NCBI GenBank assembly: GCA_965219085.1
Contig: OZ244720.1
Coordinates: 3,200,001-3,264,000, forward strand
DNA length: 64,000 bases
Reading direction: 5' to 3'
Source of the DNA: Dehalococcoidia bacterium
GTDB lineage: Bacteria > Chloroflexota > Dehalococcoidia > UBA2979
Numbering within the stretch: position 1 is the first letter of the stretch; each line of letters opens with the position of its first letter. Of this stretch, positions 49,228-58,728 are shown piece after piece. Both the position numbers and the translations under genes were made by a program. The notes beneath the pieces are model-generated. The model did not search any database. It worked only from the letters and a program-made list of their open reading frames with translations, and was not told where the DNA came from.

Positions 49228-50712
49228 GTGCCAACTCAGGAGGCACGCGTGAGCGTGACGCAGGATCGCCCAGCGGGTTCGGCAGCACCCGTGGCTGCCT
49301 CCCCACTCACCCACAGCGGCCTCAACGACCTCACGAACGGTGCACCGCCGGTCACGGCCCTCGCACCGCGCGCACCCGGGAACGGGGCTGTCGCCGACCT
49401 CGCGCCACCTCCCGCCCGCACGCCCGCGGTCGCGACGAGGCAGCCGCGCGTCTTCTACGGCTGGTGGATGGTGGGCGCGGGCTTCCTCGCCGCCTTCACC
49501 ACTGCCGGAGCGCAGGGCTACATCGCCGGTTCGTTCCTCGTGCCGATGAGCGACGAGTTGGGCTGGACGCGCGCGGAGTTCCTGTACGGCCAGACCACCG
49601 GGCAGTTCGTCACGGCGTTCGCGGGCTTCTTCGTCGGCGCGTATGTCGACCGCTTCGGGTCGCGACCGCTGATGCTCATCGGCGCGACGCTGCTCGCGGG
49701 CGCGCTGTTCGCGATCTCCGAAGTGAACGAGCTGTGGCAGTGGGTGATCCTGCGCGGCGTCTTCAGCATGCTCGGCGCGGCCCTGCTCGGGTTCCTCGCC
49801 GTCAACGTCACGCTCTCCAAGTGGTTCGTCGAGCAGCGCGGACGCGCGATCGGCCTCGCGTCGATTGGCGTGTCGATGGCCGGCATCGTGCTGCCGGTGG
49901 CGATGACCTGGTACGTCGACGAGTTCGGGTGGCGCGCGGCGTGGCGCGTGCTCGCGGTCGGCGTCGTGGTGCTCGGCTACCCGGCGGCCGCGATCATGCG
50001 GCGCACGCCGGAGGACTACGGGCTCAACCCGGACGGTAAGAGCGAGCGCCAGATGGCGAGCGGCGGGGGCGCGCGCGCCATGGCCGACTTCGCCAACTCG
50101 TTCACACGCGGGCAGGCGATCCGCACGCAGGCGCTCTATGTGCTGATCGTGACGTTCGGCCTCGGGACCCTGGGTCTGATGACCATCATCGTGCTCACCA
50201 TCCCGTACCTCACCGACTCCGGTTTCAGTCGCGGCACCGCCGCGATCATGCTCTCCATCCTCGCCATCCCGGCGGGGGTGTCGAAGCCGGTGTGGGGCTG
50301 GATGGCCGACGTCTGGTCGGAGCGGCTGTCGACGTCGCTGAGCTTCGTGATGAACGCCGCGGCGATGGTCGTGATCGTGCTGGCGGCGCAGACACAGTCG
50401 ACGCTGATACTCGCGATCGGGTTCTTCGTCGTCGGCTGGGGCATCGGCGGGCAGATCCCGCTGCAGGAGACGATCTGGGCGAGCTACTTCGGCCGCCGCT
50501 ACATCGGCGCGGTGCGCTCGGTGGCGATGCCGTTCACGATGCTGATCGCGGCGTCCGGCCCGATTCTCGTGGCGACATACGCGGACAACGTCGGCAACTA
50601 CGACGCGGCCATGTTCGGCGTCGCCGCGGCGTGGGCGGTGGCATCGCTGCTCATCCTGATCGCGCGCCGGCCGCGCCTGCCCGAGTCGAGCGAGACGCCC
50701 GCCGCAGCCTGA
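49228..50712 (+). CDS. MFS transporter (MFS-6)
   Basis: FYGWWMV, DRFGSRP, WFVEQRGRAIG, SYFGRR; start may be GTG 49249. Confidence 0.92.
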   Translation: MPTQEARVSVTQDRPAGSAAPVAASPLTHSGLNDLTNGAPPVTALAPRAPGNGAVADLAPPPARTPAVATRQPRVFYGWWMVGAGFLAAFTTAGAQGYIAGSFLVPMSDELGWTRAEFLYGQTTGQFVTAFAGFFVGAYVDRFGSRPLMLIGATLLAGALFAISEVNELWQWVILRGVFSMLGAALLGFLAVNVTLSKWFVEQRGRAIGLASIGVSMAGIVLPVAMTWYVDEFGWRAAWRVLAVGVVVLGYPAAAIMRRTPEDYGLNPDGKSERQMASGGGARAMADFANSFTRGQAIRTQALYVLIVTFGLGTLGLMTIIVLTIPYLTDSGFSRGTAAIMLSILAIPAGVSKPVWGWMADVWSERLSTSLSFVMNAAAMVVIVLAAQTQSTLILAIGFFVVGWGIGGQIPLQETIWASYFGRRYIGAVRSVAMPFTMLIAASGPILVATYADNVGNYDAAMFGVAAAWAVASLLILIARRPRLPESSETPAAA

Positions 50713-50812
50713 CCTCGTCCCCTCGTTCTGTCAGCGCGCGCATCGGGCTATCATGGCGGCTGCCGCGCGCCCGCAACCGCCGCGTTCGGCGCCAATCACG
50801 AAGGGAACCGAC

Positions 50813-51598
50813 GTGTCGTACGAGAACATCACCATCGAGCGCAAGGATCACATCGCCACCATCACGCTGAACCGCCCCGAGGCGCTGAACGCGCTGGACC
50901 GCGGCCTCACACGCGACATGCACGGAGCGATCGACGAGCTGAGTGGCGAGTTCCCCGACATCCGCGTCGTGATCCTCACCGGCGCGGGCCGCGGCTTCTG
51001 CTCCGGCGCCGACGTGATGGCGCAGGCCCGGGCGCTCACGCCGGGCGAGCCCGAGCCGCACGACCCGCTGAACAGCATCCCGCCGCTCGCCCCCAAGCTG
51101 CAGGCGATGCCGCAGCCGGTGATCGCCGCCGTCAACGGCGTCGCGGCCGGCGCCGGCTTCTCGCTCGCCATGGCCTCGGACATCCGCGTCGCCGCCGAGA
51201 GTTCGCGCTACTCGGTGATCTTCGTGAAGCGCTCGCTGGTGCCGGACACCGGCTCCTCGCACTCGCTGCCGGCCGTCGTCGGGCGCGGGACGGCGATGGA
51301 GATGGCGCTCACCGGGCGCGTGTACCCCGCCGCGTGGGCGTTCGAGCGTGGGCTCGTGAACTACGTCGTGCCGGACGACCAGGTCATGGAGGAGGCGCGG
51401 ATGATTGCGAACGAGATCGCGAACAACCCGCCGCTGTGCGTGCGCTCGATCAAGCAGCTGATGCACCGCACGGACCGGCTGACCGAGGTGCTCCCGTACG
51501 AGCACGACGCGAACACGCCGTCGATGAACACGGCGGACCGTCGCGAGGCGGTGATGTCGTTTGTCGAGAAGCGCGACCCGGTCTTCCTCGGGCGGTAG
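50813..51598 (+). CDS. Enoyl-CoA hydratase/isomerase
   Basis: LNRPEALNA, FCSGAD, AAVNGVAAGAG. Confidence 0.92.
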   Translation: MSYENITIERKDHIATITLNRPEALNALDRGLTRDMHGAIDELSGEFPDIRVVILTGAGRGFCSGADVMAQARALTPGEPEPHDPLNSIPPLAPKLQAMPQPVIAAVNGVAAGAGFSLAMASDIRVAAESSRYSVIFVKRSLVPDTGSSHSLPAVVGRGTAMEMALTGRVYPAAWAFERGLVNYVVPDDQVMEEARMIANEIANNPPLCVRSIKQLMHRTDRLTEVLPYEHDANTPSMNTADRREAVMSFVEKRDPVFLGR

Positions 51599-51712
51599 CC
51601 ACTCCGCCCGATCGACGAGCGGCGCCGTGGCTTCGCGAATGTTGTTTGCAAGCCACGGCGCGGTTCCGTACGTTCTTTGTATGCCTCTCACACCCTGATC
51701 GGGGATAGTCTC

Positions 51713-51994
51713 ATGGCGACAGCCAAGGTCACGAGCAACGGCCGCATCACGATCCCGAAGGATGTGCGGGATCAGCTCGGCCTCGAGCCGGGCGACGAGG
51801 TGACCTTCGCCGAGGGGTTCGGCGGCTGGTACATCCGCAAGGAGGACCCCACTCCGGTAGGTGATTCGCCATTCACACCATGGCGCGGATACCTGAAGCA
51901 TCTCGCGGGTCGACGTTCGGACGATCTGGTTGAGGAGATGCGCGGGCCGCCGCTCGATCCCGACGAACTCACCGAGGAAACGCGCGGTTCGTGA
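51713..51994 (+). CDS. AbrB/MazE-type antitoxin
   Basis: KVTSNGRITIPKDVRDQLGLEPGDEV. Confidence 0.9.
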   Translation: MATAKVTSNGRITIPKDVRDQLGLEPGDEVTFAEGFGGWYIRKEDPTPVGDSPFTPWRGYLKHLAGRRSDDLVEEMRGPPLDPDELTEETRGS

Positions 51995-52458
51995 TCTCGG
52001 CGGTCGATACCAACATCCTCCTCGACCTGTTGATCGGTGACCCTGAGTACGTTAGCGAATCGGAGCAGCGGCTCAACGAGGCAGCGGACGCAGGCAGAGT
52101 TGTGATCTCGGAGCCCGTGTACGCGGAGTTGTCGCCTCGCTTCGCTGACTCAGCGGACGTCGACGGATTCCTCGACCTGACTGGTGTCGTCTTTGAGTCG
52201 TCAACCCGTCCGACACTGCATCGTGCCGGAACTGCTTGGCGAGCCTACACGCGCCGACGGCCGCGGATGCTCGCCTGCCCGCAATGCGGCGAGCCGCTTC
52301 CCGGGCGCTGCCGGGCATGCGGTGCCGTCGTTCAGGTTCGGCAACACGTCCTGGCCGACTTCCTGATCGGCGCGCACGCCGCCTCGCAGGCGGACCGACT
52401 GATCACGCGCGACCGCGGCTACTACGCCACGTACTTCCCGGACCTCGAACTCGCGTAG
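51991..52458 (+). CDS. vapC: VapC PIN toxin with zinc-ribbon insertion
   Basis: AVDTNILLD, VYAEL, CPQC..CRAC insert, ADFLIGAHA, ITRDRG. Confidence 0.88.
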   Translation: MISAVDTNILLDLLIGDPEYVSESEQRLNEAADAGRVVISEPVYAELSPRFADSADVDGFLDLTGVVFESSTRPTLHRAGTAWRAYTRRRPRMLACPQCGEPLPGRCRACGAVVQVRQHVLADFLIGAHAASQADRLITRDRGYYATYFPDLELA

Positions 52459-52475
52459 GTGCGTCCCGGCGCCGC

Positions 52476-53411
52476 CTACTCGCCTGCCTCGACCCACGCC
52501 CTGATCAGCTGATGCGCGATGGTGAACGGGGGCGGGACGCCGAAGCCGGCGTCGGGTGACGGGCCCCCGCCCTCCTCGGCCGTCGCGAGGGCACTCCGCA
52601 CCTGATCGCGGGTGAACCACTGCGCGTCGCCGATCTCATTGTGGTCGACCTCGATATCCGTGCTCGCGGCGTCGGCGTGGCAGCCGATCATCAGCGACGA
52701 CGGGAACGGCCACGGCTGCGAGGAGTGGTAGCGCACCGCGCCCACCTCGACGCCAGTCTCCTCGCGCACCTCGCGGCGCACGGCCTCCTCGATGGTCTCG
52801 CCCGGCTCGATGAAGCCTGCGACGCAGGTGTACATCGGCGCCCGGCGCGCGGTGGGGCTGGCGAGCAGGCAGCGCTCACCCCGCTCGACGAGCACGATCA
52901 CGACCGGGTTCACGCGCGGGAAGTGCTCGGCGCCGCACGTCCCGCAGCGGCGCATGTCACCGCTGACGCGCGGCGCGGTGCCGCCCCCGCAGGCCGGGCA
53001 GTAGCGGCTGCGCGCGTGCCAGTCGATGAGCGAGCGCGCCTGCGCGAGGATGCCGGCCTCGGCGAGGGGTAGCGCGGCCCCCGCCTCGCGCGCGCCGATG
53101 AACGCATCGTCGCCAACGAGGGTGTCGAGCGTCGCCGCGTCGACGCCGGTCACGTCGGCGGCGAGGTGCGGCGTCCCGTCGCGCACGCCGAGCAGCACGG
53201 GCGCGGGCGCGTGGAACCGCGCCAGTTGCGCACGGCTACGCCACGCGAGTTGCGGCGACGACTCGCCGCGGACCAGCGGGTTGAGGTCGCGGAACGCGAG
53301 GTAGCGCGCGTCGGGATGCTTGAGGGTCGCCTCGATCCACGCGCGGTCGCGCCGCTCGTTCGAGGAGCGATCGAGCGGGTTGCCCGCGAAGGTGTTGCGG
53401 ACCGAGGTCAT
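52476..53411 (-). CDS. nudC: NAD(H) diphosphatase NudC
   Basis: Zn ribbon CPACG..CGTCG, Nudix box GFIEPGETIEEAVRREVREETG, SQPWPFPSS signature. Confidence 0.93.
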   Translation of the reverse strand: MTSVRNTFAGNPLDRSSNERRDRAWIEATLKHPDARYLAFRDLNPLVRGESSPQLAWRSRAQLARFHAPAPVLLGVRDGTPHLAADVTGVDAATLDTLVGDDAFIGAREAGAALPLAEAGILAQARSLIDWHARSRYCPACGGGTAPRVSGDMRRCGTCGAEHFPRVNPVVIVLVERGERCLLASPTARRAPMYTCVAGFIEPGETIEEAVRREVREETGVEVGAVRYHSSQPWPFPSSLMIGCHADAASTDIEVDHNEIGDAQWFTRDQVRSALATAEEGGGPSPDAGFGVPPPFTIAHQLIRAWVEAGE

Positions 53412-54859
53412 GCGGCCCGCGGCTCCGAGGGGTCCGTGCGCTGAAGGAACGGGTTTTGGGAACCGCGCGGGAGCCGCAGCAGGAAGGCGACCGGGATGGC
53501 CGCGGCGCTGAGCGCGGCCAGGACGAGGACGCCCGTGAAGTAGGTGCCCTGGAGGTCGAAGAACAGCCCGAGCACCATCGGCGCGAGGACCGCGAACGGC
53601 ACCGACGTGAAGTTCGTCAGGCCCTGGATCGTTCCGAACGAGGGGAGCCCGAAGAGGCGTCCGACCAGCACGGGGCGCGACGGAATCATCCCGCCGAAGC
53701 TGATCCCGAAGAGCGAAGCGAAGATCACGATCTGCCAGTAGCTCGTCGCGTACGCGACCACGAGCAGCGACGCCGTCTGGATGGCCAGCAGGAGCGCCGG
53801 CACGATCCTCAGGTCGAAGTCGCGGCGCGCCAGGAAGTCCATCAGCATGCCGCCGAGCACGCGCCCGAGCAGGCTTACGAGCGTCATCACGGCCAGGCTG
53901 AACGCACCTGCCTCGCGGGAGAACCCGAGGCTCACGAGGTATGGAATCTGGTGCAGCATGAAGCCGGAGATGCCGGTCGACAGCACGCCGTAGATCAGTG
54001 CAAGCACCCAGAAGTTGCGGTCCTTCAGGGCCTGCCCGGAGGTCATGCCGCCCTCGACCGGGTTGCCCATCGCGATGACTTCCGCGTCGCTGTCGCCGTC
54101 GGGGTTGAGGCCCTTGTCGGAGGGCTTCGAGCGGATCAGCATCGCGCACGGGACGCCCAGCAGCAGCATCCCGGCGCCGAGGATCAGCGCCGTCTCGCGC
54201 CATCCGTAGGTCGCCTCGAGCCACACGACGATGACGACGAACGGCCCGCTCAGCGCGCCGCCCGAGAAGCCAATGCCGAGCGCCTTGCCGCGCTGGCGGC
54301 GGAACCAGTTCACGATCGCGGTGTTGAACCCCACGCCCATCGTCGAACTCATCCCGATCGAGACGAGCGAGAAGGAGAGGAACAGCATCCACAGCGCCTG
54401 CATGAACGCCAGGGACATGATTCCGAGGCCGATGCACACGACACCGGCGATCGCTGCCGGTCGCGCGCCATGGCGGTCCACGAAGACGCCGATGAGCGGG
54501 CCCACGGCGCCGCCGACCGGCTGCATGAACAGCGCCGTCAGCGAGCCGATGCTGCGGCTCCAGCCGAATGTCTCGAGGATGGGGACGAAGAGCACGCCGA
54601 AGCCGTAGACGAAGGACGCACTGACGTACCAGTGGATCCCCATCATCCCGGCGATCATGTACCAGCCGTAGAATAGCCCTCGGCGGCGGGGCGGGGCGCC
54701 CGCCGCTGCGGCGGTCGTGGTGGGCGTCGCGAGCGCAGCGGTCGTGGCAGGCGGCGCGAATGCGGCCGTCCCCGGCATGAGGTCTTGCATGCCGTCGTGC
54801 GTGAGTGCGGCGAGTCTCGCCGCGGTCGCCAGGTCGCGGGCTGGTATGGCCACGAGCAT
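53408..54859 (-). CDS. MFS transporter (MFS-7), close paralog of MFS-1
   Basis: GIHWY, HQIPY and DLRIVPA segments shared with the gene at 9074; start uncertain (54859 or 54790). Confidence 0.9.
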   Translation of the reverse strand: MLVAIPARDLATAARLAALTHDGMQDLMPGTAAFAPPATTAALATPTTTAAAAGAPPRRRGLFYGWYMIAGMMGIHWYVSASFVYGFGVLFVPILETFGWSRSIGSLTALFMQPVGGAVGPLIGVFVDRHGARPAAIAGVVCIGLGIMSLAFMQALWMLFLSFSLVSIGMSSTMGVGFNTAIVNWFRRQRGKALGIGFSGGALSGPFVVIVVWLEATYGWRETALILGAGMLLLGVPCAMLIRSKPSDKGLNPDGDSDAEVIAMGNPVEGGMTSGQALKDRNFWVLALIYGVLSTGISGFMLHQIPYLVSLGFSREAGAFSLAVMTLVSLLGRVLGGMLMDFLARRDFDLRIVPALLLAIQTASLLVVAYATSYWQIVIFASLFGISFGGMIPSRPVLVGRLFGLPSFGTIQGLTNFTSVPFAVLAPMVLGLFFDLQGTYFTGVLVLAALSAAAIPVAFLLRLPRGSQNPFLQRTDPSEPRAA

Positions 54860-55051
54860 CCCGTTTCGTACCGACACACGGTACCAGCCGTCGGCTCCTC
54901 GCGCCCTCCGGCGCCCTGTGCGCGTGCCGGGAGATCCATCCGGGCTGCGCGCTCGTAATACGGCCAGAGGGCCTGCGAGGATGCTCGTCCGGCAGCCGGT
55001 GCAAGACGCGCATCCCCCGCCCACACGAGACTGCGAGCGCGGAGGTGCACC

Positions 55052-56854
55052 ATGGCCGATCTGAAGTACGTGACCACGAGCGCGGTGTTCCTCGCCGCAA
55101 GCGCCTTCGCGACCGTGGCGCGAAGCAGCGTCGGTGTACCCCGGGCGATGGCGCCCATCCTGCTTCTCGCGGCGCTCACGCTCGGCCTCGCCGGCTGCGC
55201 GGCCGAGTTCGAGGACGACGGCGACGACGGGACATACCAGACCACGGAGACCGCGCTCGGCAGCTCCACGGACACGTCGACGCAGCAATCTGCCGCGCCG
55301 GTGTCCTCCTCGTCGGCTCTGTCATCGGCAGTGAGTGACTCGGACTCCGAAGACGACGCGGCGTCCACCACCGGGGTGCTGGTCCAGGATTCGAGCCCGC
55401 CCGAGCAGGGGAAGGGCGGCGTCGCGTACTTCGGGCCTGAGTCCGGCGGGACCCAGAACCCCAACGACCGCGCCTTGCCGCTCATGTACTTCGAGAGCCA
55501 CGGGGTGAACCCGTTCGTCGACGCCGACGAGGATCCGCTGTCGACGTTCGCGCTCGACGGCGACACAGCGTCGTACGAGATCCTCGGGCTGTACCTCAGC
55601 GAGGCGCGGGTCCCACCGCCAGAGTCGGTGCGCATCGAGGAGTACGTGAACAGCCTCCCGCAGGACTACCCCGCAGCGGAGACGGCGCTCGGGCTGCACC
55701 TCGATGCCGGTCCCTCGCCGTTCGGGCCGGAGGGCTACGTGCTGCTGCGCGTCGGCGTGAGCAACCCACGGCCGGACACGGATCGCGACCCGGTGTCGCT
55801 GATCTTCGTCATCGACACCTCCGGATCGATGGGCGTCGACCGGCGGCTCGAGCTGGCGAAGACCGTCGCCGAGGGCGTCGCCGACCGCATGATCGACGGC
55901 GACCGCGCCGCGCTCGTGACGTACGGCGACATCGCCGTCAAGAACAGCGACTTCGTCGATGCCGGCGACCGGTCGGAGGTCGTCACGGCCCTGCGAGGCC
56001 TGTACGCGAACGGCAGCACGTACGCCGAGGCGGGCCTGCGCATGGCGTACGGCCTGGCCGAGGACGAGCTCGACGAGGGGCGCACGGTACGCATCGTGCT
56101 GTTCTCCGACGGCGTCGCAAACGTCGGCCGCACCGGACCGGAGTCGATCCTCGAGTTCGTCGACGAGCAGGCGCACCGGCAGGCCACGCTTACCGCCATC
56201 GGCGTCGGTATCTCGGGCAACTACAACGACGTGCTGCTGGAGGCCCTGGCGAATCGCGGCAACGGCACCTACCACTACGTCATCGATTACGCCGCGGCCG
56301 AGCGCTACCTGTCCGAGGACGTGAACGGCGTGTTCACCGAGACCGCGCGAGACGCCCGCATCCAGGTCGCGTTCAACGCCGACGCCGTGCGCAAGTACCG
56401 GCTCATCGGCTACGAGAACCGCGCCGTCGCCGACGAGGACTTCGAGGACGACACCCTCGACTTCGGTGAGCCCGGCTTCGCCCGCGACGTGACCGCGCTC
56501 TACGAGCTGCGCCTCGAGGAGGGCGCGTCGTCCGATGACCAGCTCGCCCTGGTGCGGCTGCGCTGGCTCAGCCCGGGAACCGGCGGGGCGATCGAGACGT
56601 CCGCGAGCATCACGGTCGACGACGTCGCCGGCAGCATCGCTGACACGAGCGCGCACTTCCGGCAGGCCGCCGCGACCGCCGAGTTCGCGGAGCTGCTGCG
56701 CAAGTCGTTCTGGGCGCAGTGCGGCGACATCTCCGCGGTCGGCGACCTCCTCGACGGCGTCGACGGCGAACTGGGCGAGAACAGCGACTACACTCGGCTC
56801 GTCAGCCGTGTGGCGCGGGCTTCGGAGTACTTCGAGCCCTACTGCAAGGAGTAG
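55052..56854 (+). CDS. vWA-domain lipoprotein (YfbK/DUF3520-like)
   Basis: LAGC lipobox, STFALDGDTASY, DTSGSM MIDAS, SDGVANVG, YRLIGYENR; true start may be downstream. Confidence 0.88.
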   Translation: MADLKYVTTSAVFLAASAFATVARSSVGVPRAMAPILLLAALTLGLAGCAAEFEDDGDDGTYQTTETALGSSTDTSTQQSAAPVSSSSALSSAVSDSDSEDDAASTTGVLVQDSSPPEQGKGGVAYFGPESGGTQNPNDRALPLMYFESHGVNPFVDADEDPLSTFALDGDTASYEILGLYLSEARVPPPESVRIEEYVNSLPQDYPAAETALGLHLDAGPSPFGPEGYVLLRVGVSNPRPDTDRDPVSLIFVIDTSGSMGVDRRLELAKTVAEGVADRMIDGDRAALVTYGDIAVKNSDFVDAGDRSEVVTALRGLYANGSTYAEAGLRMAYGLAEDELDEGRTVRIVLFSDGVANVGRTGPESILEFVDEQAHRQATLTAIGVGISGNYNDVLLEALANRGNGTYHYVIDYAAAERYLSEDVNGVFTETARDARIQVAFNADAVRKYRLIGYENRAVADEDFEDDTLDFGEPGFARDVTALYELRLEEGASSDDQLALVRLRWLSPGTGGAIETSASITVDDVAGSIADTSAHFRQAAATAEFAELLRKSFWAQCGDISAVGDLLDGVDGELGENSDYTRLVSRVARASEYFEPYCKE

Positions 56855-56891
56855 CAGCCCGCGCCGGAAGAGCGAGCGTGAGGAGCCGTCG

Positions 56892-57794
56892 ATGACCACC
56901 GAGACCGAGAGCACCATGCCCACCGACATCGGGATCGTCGACACGCTGCTCGGCATTCCGGCGGCGGACAAGACCGGCGCCTACGACTGGCTGCGCCCGC
57001 TGCTGCGCGACGACGAGTCCCTCGGTGCGTTCGACTTCCCGGTGCAGTACCAGTACCGCTCGCTGCCCGAGGTGCCGAAGGAGGGCACCGTCGACGACAT
57101 GATCGACTTCACGGTCGAGCAGATGGACAAGCACCACATCTGGAAGGCGCTACTCAACGTCAGCCTCGAGGCCGGCGACCCCGGCCGTCGCGCAATGGAG
57201 CGCTACCCCGACCGCTTCTTCGGGAGCGTCAGCGTCGACCCCAACCGCGGCGTCCCGGCGCTGCGCGACCTGCAACACGCCGTTGAGGACCTCGGCGTGA
57301 AGGCGGCGAGCGTGACGCCGGCGTTCGTCATTCCGCAGTGCCCGATCAACGACAAGCGGATGTACCCCGTCTACGCGAAGTGCGTCGAGCTGGACATCCC
57401 GATCCTGTGCACCACGGGCGTGCCGGGGCCGCGCGTGCCGATGGCCCCGCAGGACGTCTCGCTCATCGACGAGGTGTGCTGGTTCTTCCCCGAGCTGAAG
57501 TTCGTGATGCGGCACGGTGGTGAGCCGTGGACGTGGCTGGCGGCGAAGCTGCTGCTGAAGTGGCCGAACCTCTACTACTCGACGAGCGCGTTCGCGCCGA
57601 ACCACTACCCGGACGACATCGTCCGCTTCGCGAACACGCGAGGGGCCGACAAGGTGATGTACGCCGGGTACTTCCCGGCTGGGCTGTCGCTCGACCGCAT
57701 CTTCCGCGACATGCCGTACGTGCCGTTCCGTGAGCACGTGTGGCCGAAGTTCCTGCGCGAGAACGCGGTGCGCGTGTTCGGCCTCGGCGAGTAG
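56892..57794 (+). CDS. Amidohydrolase (amidohydro_2 family)
   Basis: YPVYAKCVELDIP, GVPGPR, RHGGEPW, NTRGADKVM. Confidence 0.88.
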   Translation: MTTETESTMPTDIGIVDTLLGIPAADKTGAYDWLRPLLRDDESLGAFDFPVQYQYRSLPEVPKEGTVDDMIDFTVEQMDKHHIWKALLNVSLEAGDPGRRAMERYPDRFFGSVSVDPNRGVPALRDLQHAVEDLGVKAASVTPAFVIPQCPINDKRMYPVYAKCVELDIPILCTTGVPGPRVPMAPQDVSLIDEVCWFFPELKFVMRHGGEPWTWLAAKLLLKWPNLYYSTSAFAPNHYPDDIVRFANTRGADKVMYAGYFPAGLSLDRIFRDMPYVPFREHVWPKFLRENAVRVFGLGE

Positions 57795-57809
57795 CGTCCT
57801 CGACGCGAA

Positions 57810-57833
57810 CCGGGCGGCCTTGAGGCCGCCCGG
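57810..57833. terminator. Hairpin between convergent genes
   Basis: CCGGGCGGCC-TTGA-GGCCGCCCGG. Confidence 0.6.
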
Positions 57834-57857
57834 CGTGTTCGTGCGCGCGTCGAGTTG

Positions 57858-58652
57858 CTACCGGCCCTGGAACTGCGGCTCGCGCTTCTCGAGGAACGAG
57901 TTGACGCCCTCGGCGCCGTCCTCGGTTGCGCCGAGCTGGCGGTTGTAGCCGATGCTGAGCTCCTGCACGCGCGAGAGGTCGTCTTCCTCGACCACCGAGA
58001 CCATGCGCTTGGTCGCGGACATGCCGAGCGGAGGCCCACTGGCGATCTCCTGTGCGAACTCGACGGCGCGCGCCTCGAGCTCCTCGCGAGGCACCACCTC
58101 CAGCACGAGGCCGAGTTCGAGCGCTTCCTGCGCGTCGATGCGGCGCGCGCTGAGCATCAGTTCGAGGGCGCGCTGGCGGCCGAGCTGCTCCTGCAGGAAG
58201 TAGCTGAGCCCGTACTCGGCCACGATGCCGCGCTTCATCTGCGCGACCTGGAAGACCGCGTCGTCGGCCGCGATGCGCAGGTCGGTTGCCATGGCGAGCG
58301 AGAAGCCCCCGCCCATCGCGTACCCGTTGATGGCGCCGATGACGGGTGCGTCGCAGTCGCGCATGGCGCGGATGGGCTCGGCCTCGGGGTGGCCGCGCCG
58401 CCAGGGATCGGGCTCGGCGTCGGGGTCCTTCGGCGAGAAGTCGCCGCCGGCGCAGAAGGCGCGGCCGGCGCCAGTGAAGACGATGGCGCGGGTCTGGTAG
58501 GAGCCGGCCTTGAAGGCGGCGAAGTAGTCGTTGAGGCCCTCGATCAGTGCGGGGTTGAGCGCGTTGAGCCGTTCCGGCCGGTTCATGCGCACCACGGCCA
58601 CGCCGCCGTCGCGCGCCTCGACCTCCACCACCGTCTCGACTGCTGTCGTCAT
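57858..58652 (-). CDS. Enoyl-CoA hydratase/isomerase
   Basis: MNRPERLNA, FCAGGD, AINGYAMGGG. Confidence 0.92.
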   Translation of the reverse strand: MTTAVETVVEVEARDGGVAVVRMNRPERLNALNPALIEGLNDYFAAFKAGSYQTRAIVFTGAGRAFCAGGDFSPKDPDAEPDPWRRGHPEAEPIRAMRDCDAPVIGAINGYAMGGGFSLAMATDLRIAADDAVFQVAQMKRGIVAEYGLSYFLQEQLGRQRALELMLSARRIDAQEALELGLVLEVVPREELEARAVEFAQEIASGPPLGMSATKRMVSVVEEDDLSRVQELSIGYNRQLGATEDGAEGVNSFLEKREPQFQGR

Positions 58653-58728
58653 CGCCCACCTCCGTCGATGTGTCGTGTTCGTGGGGTGCAGGGTACAGGG
58701 AGGGGCAGCGAGTGTGGGGGCGGCGGGG

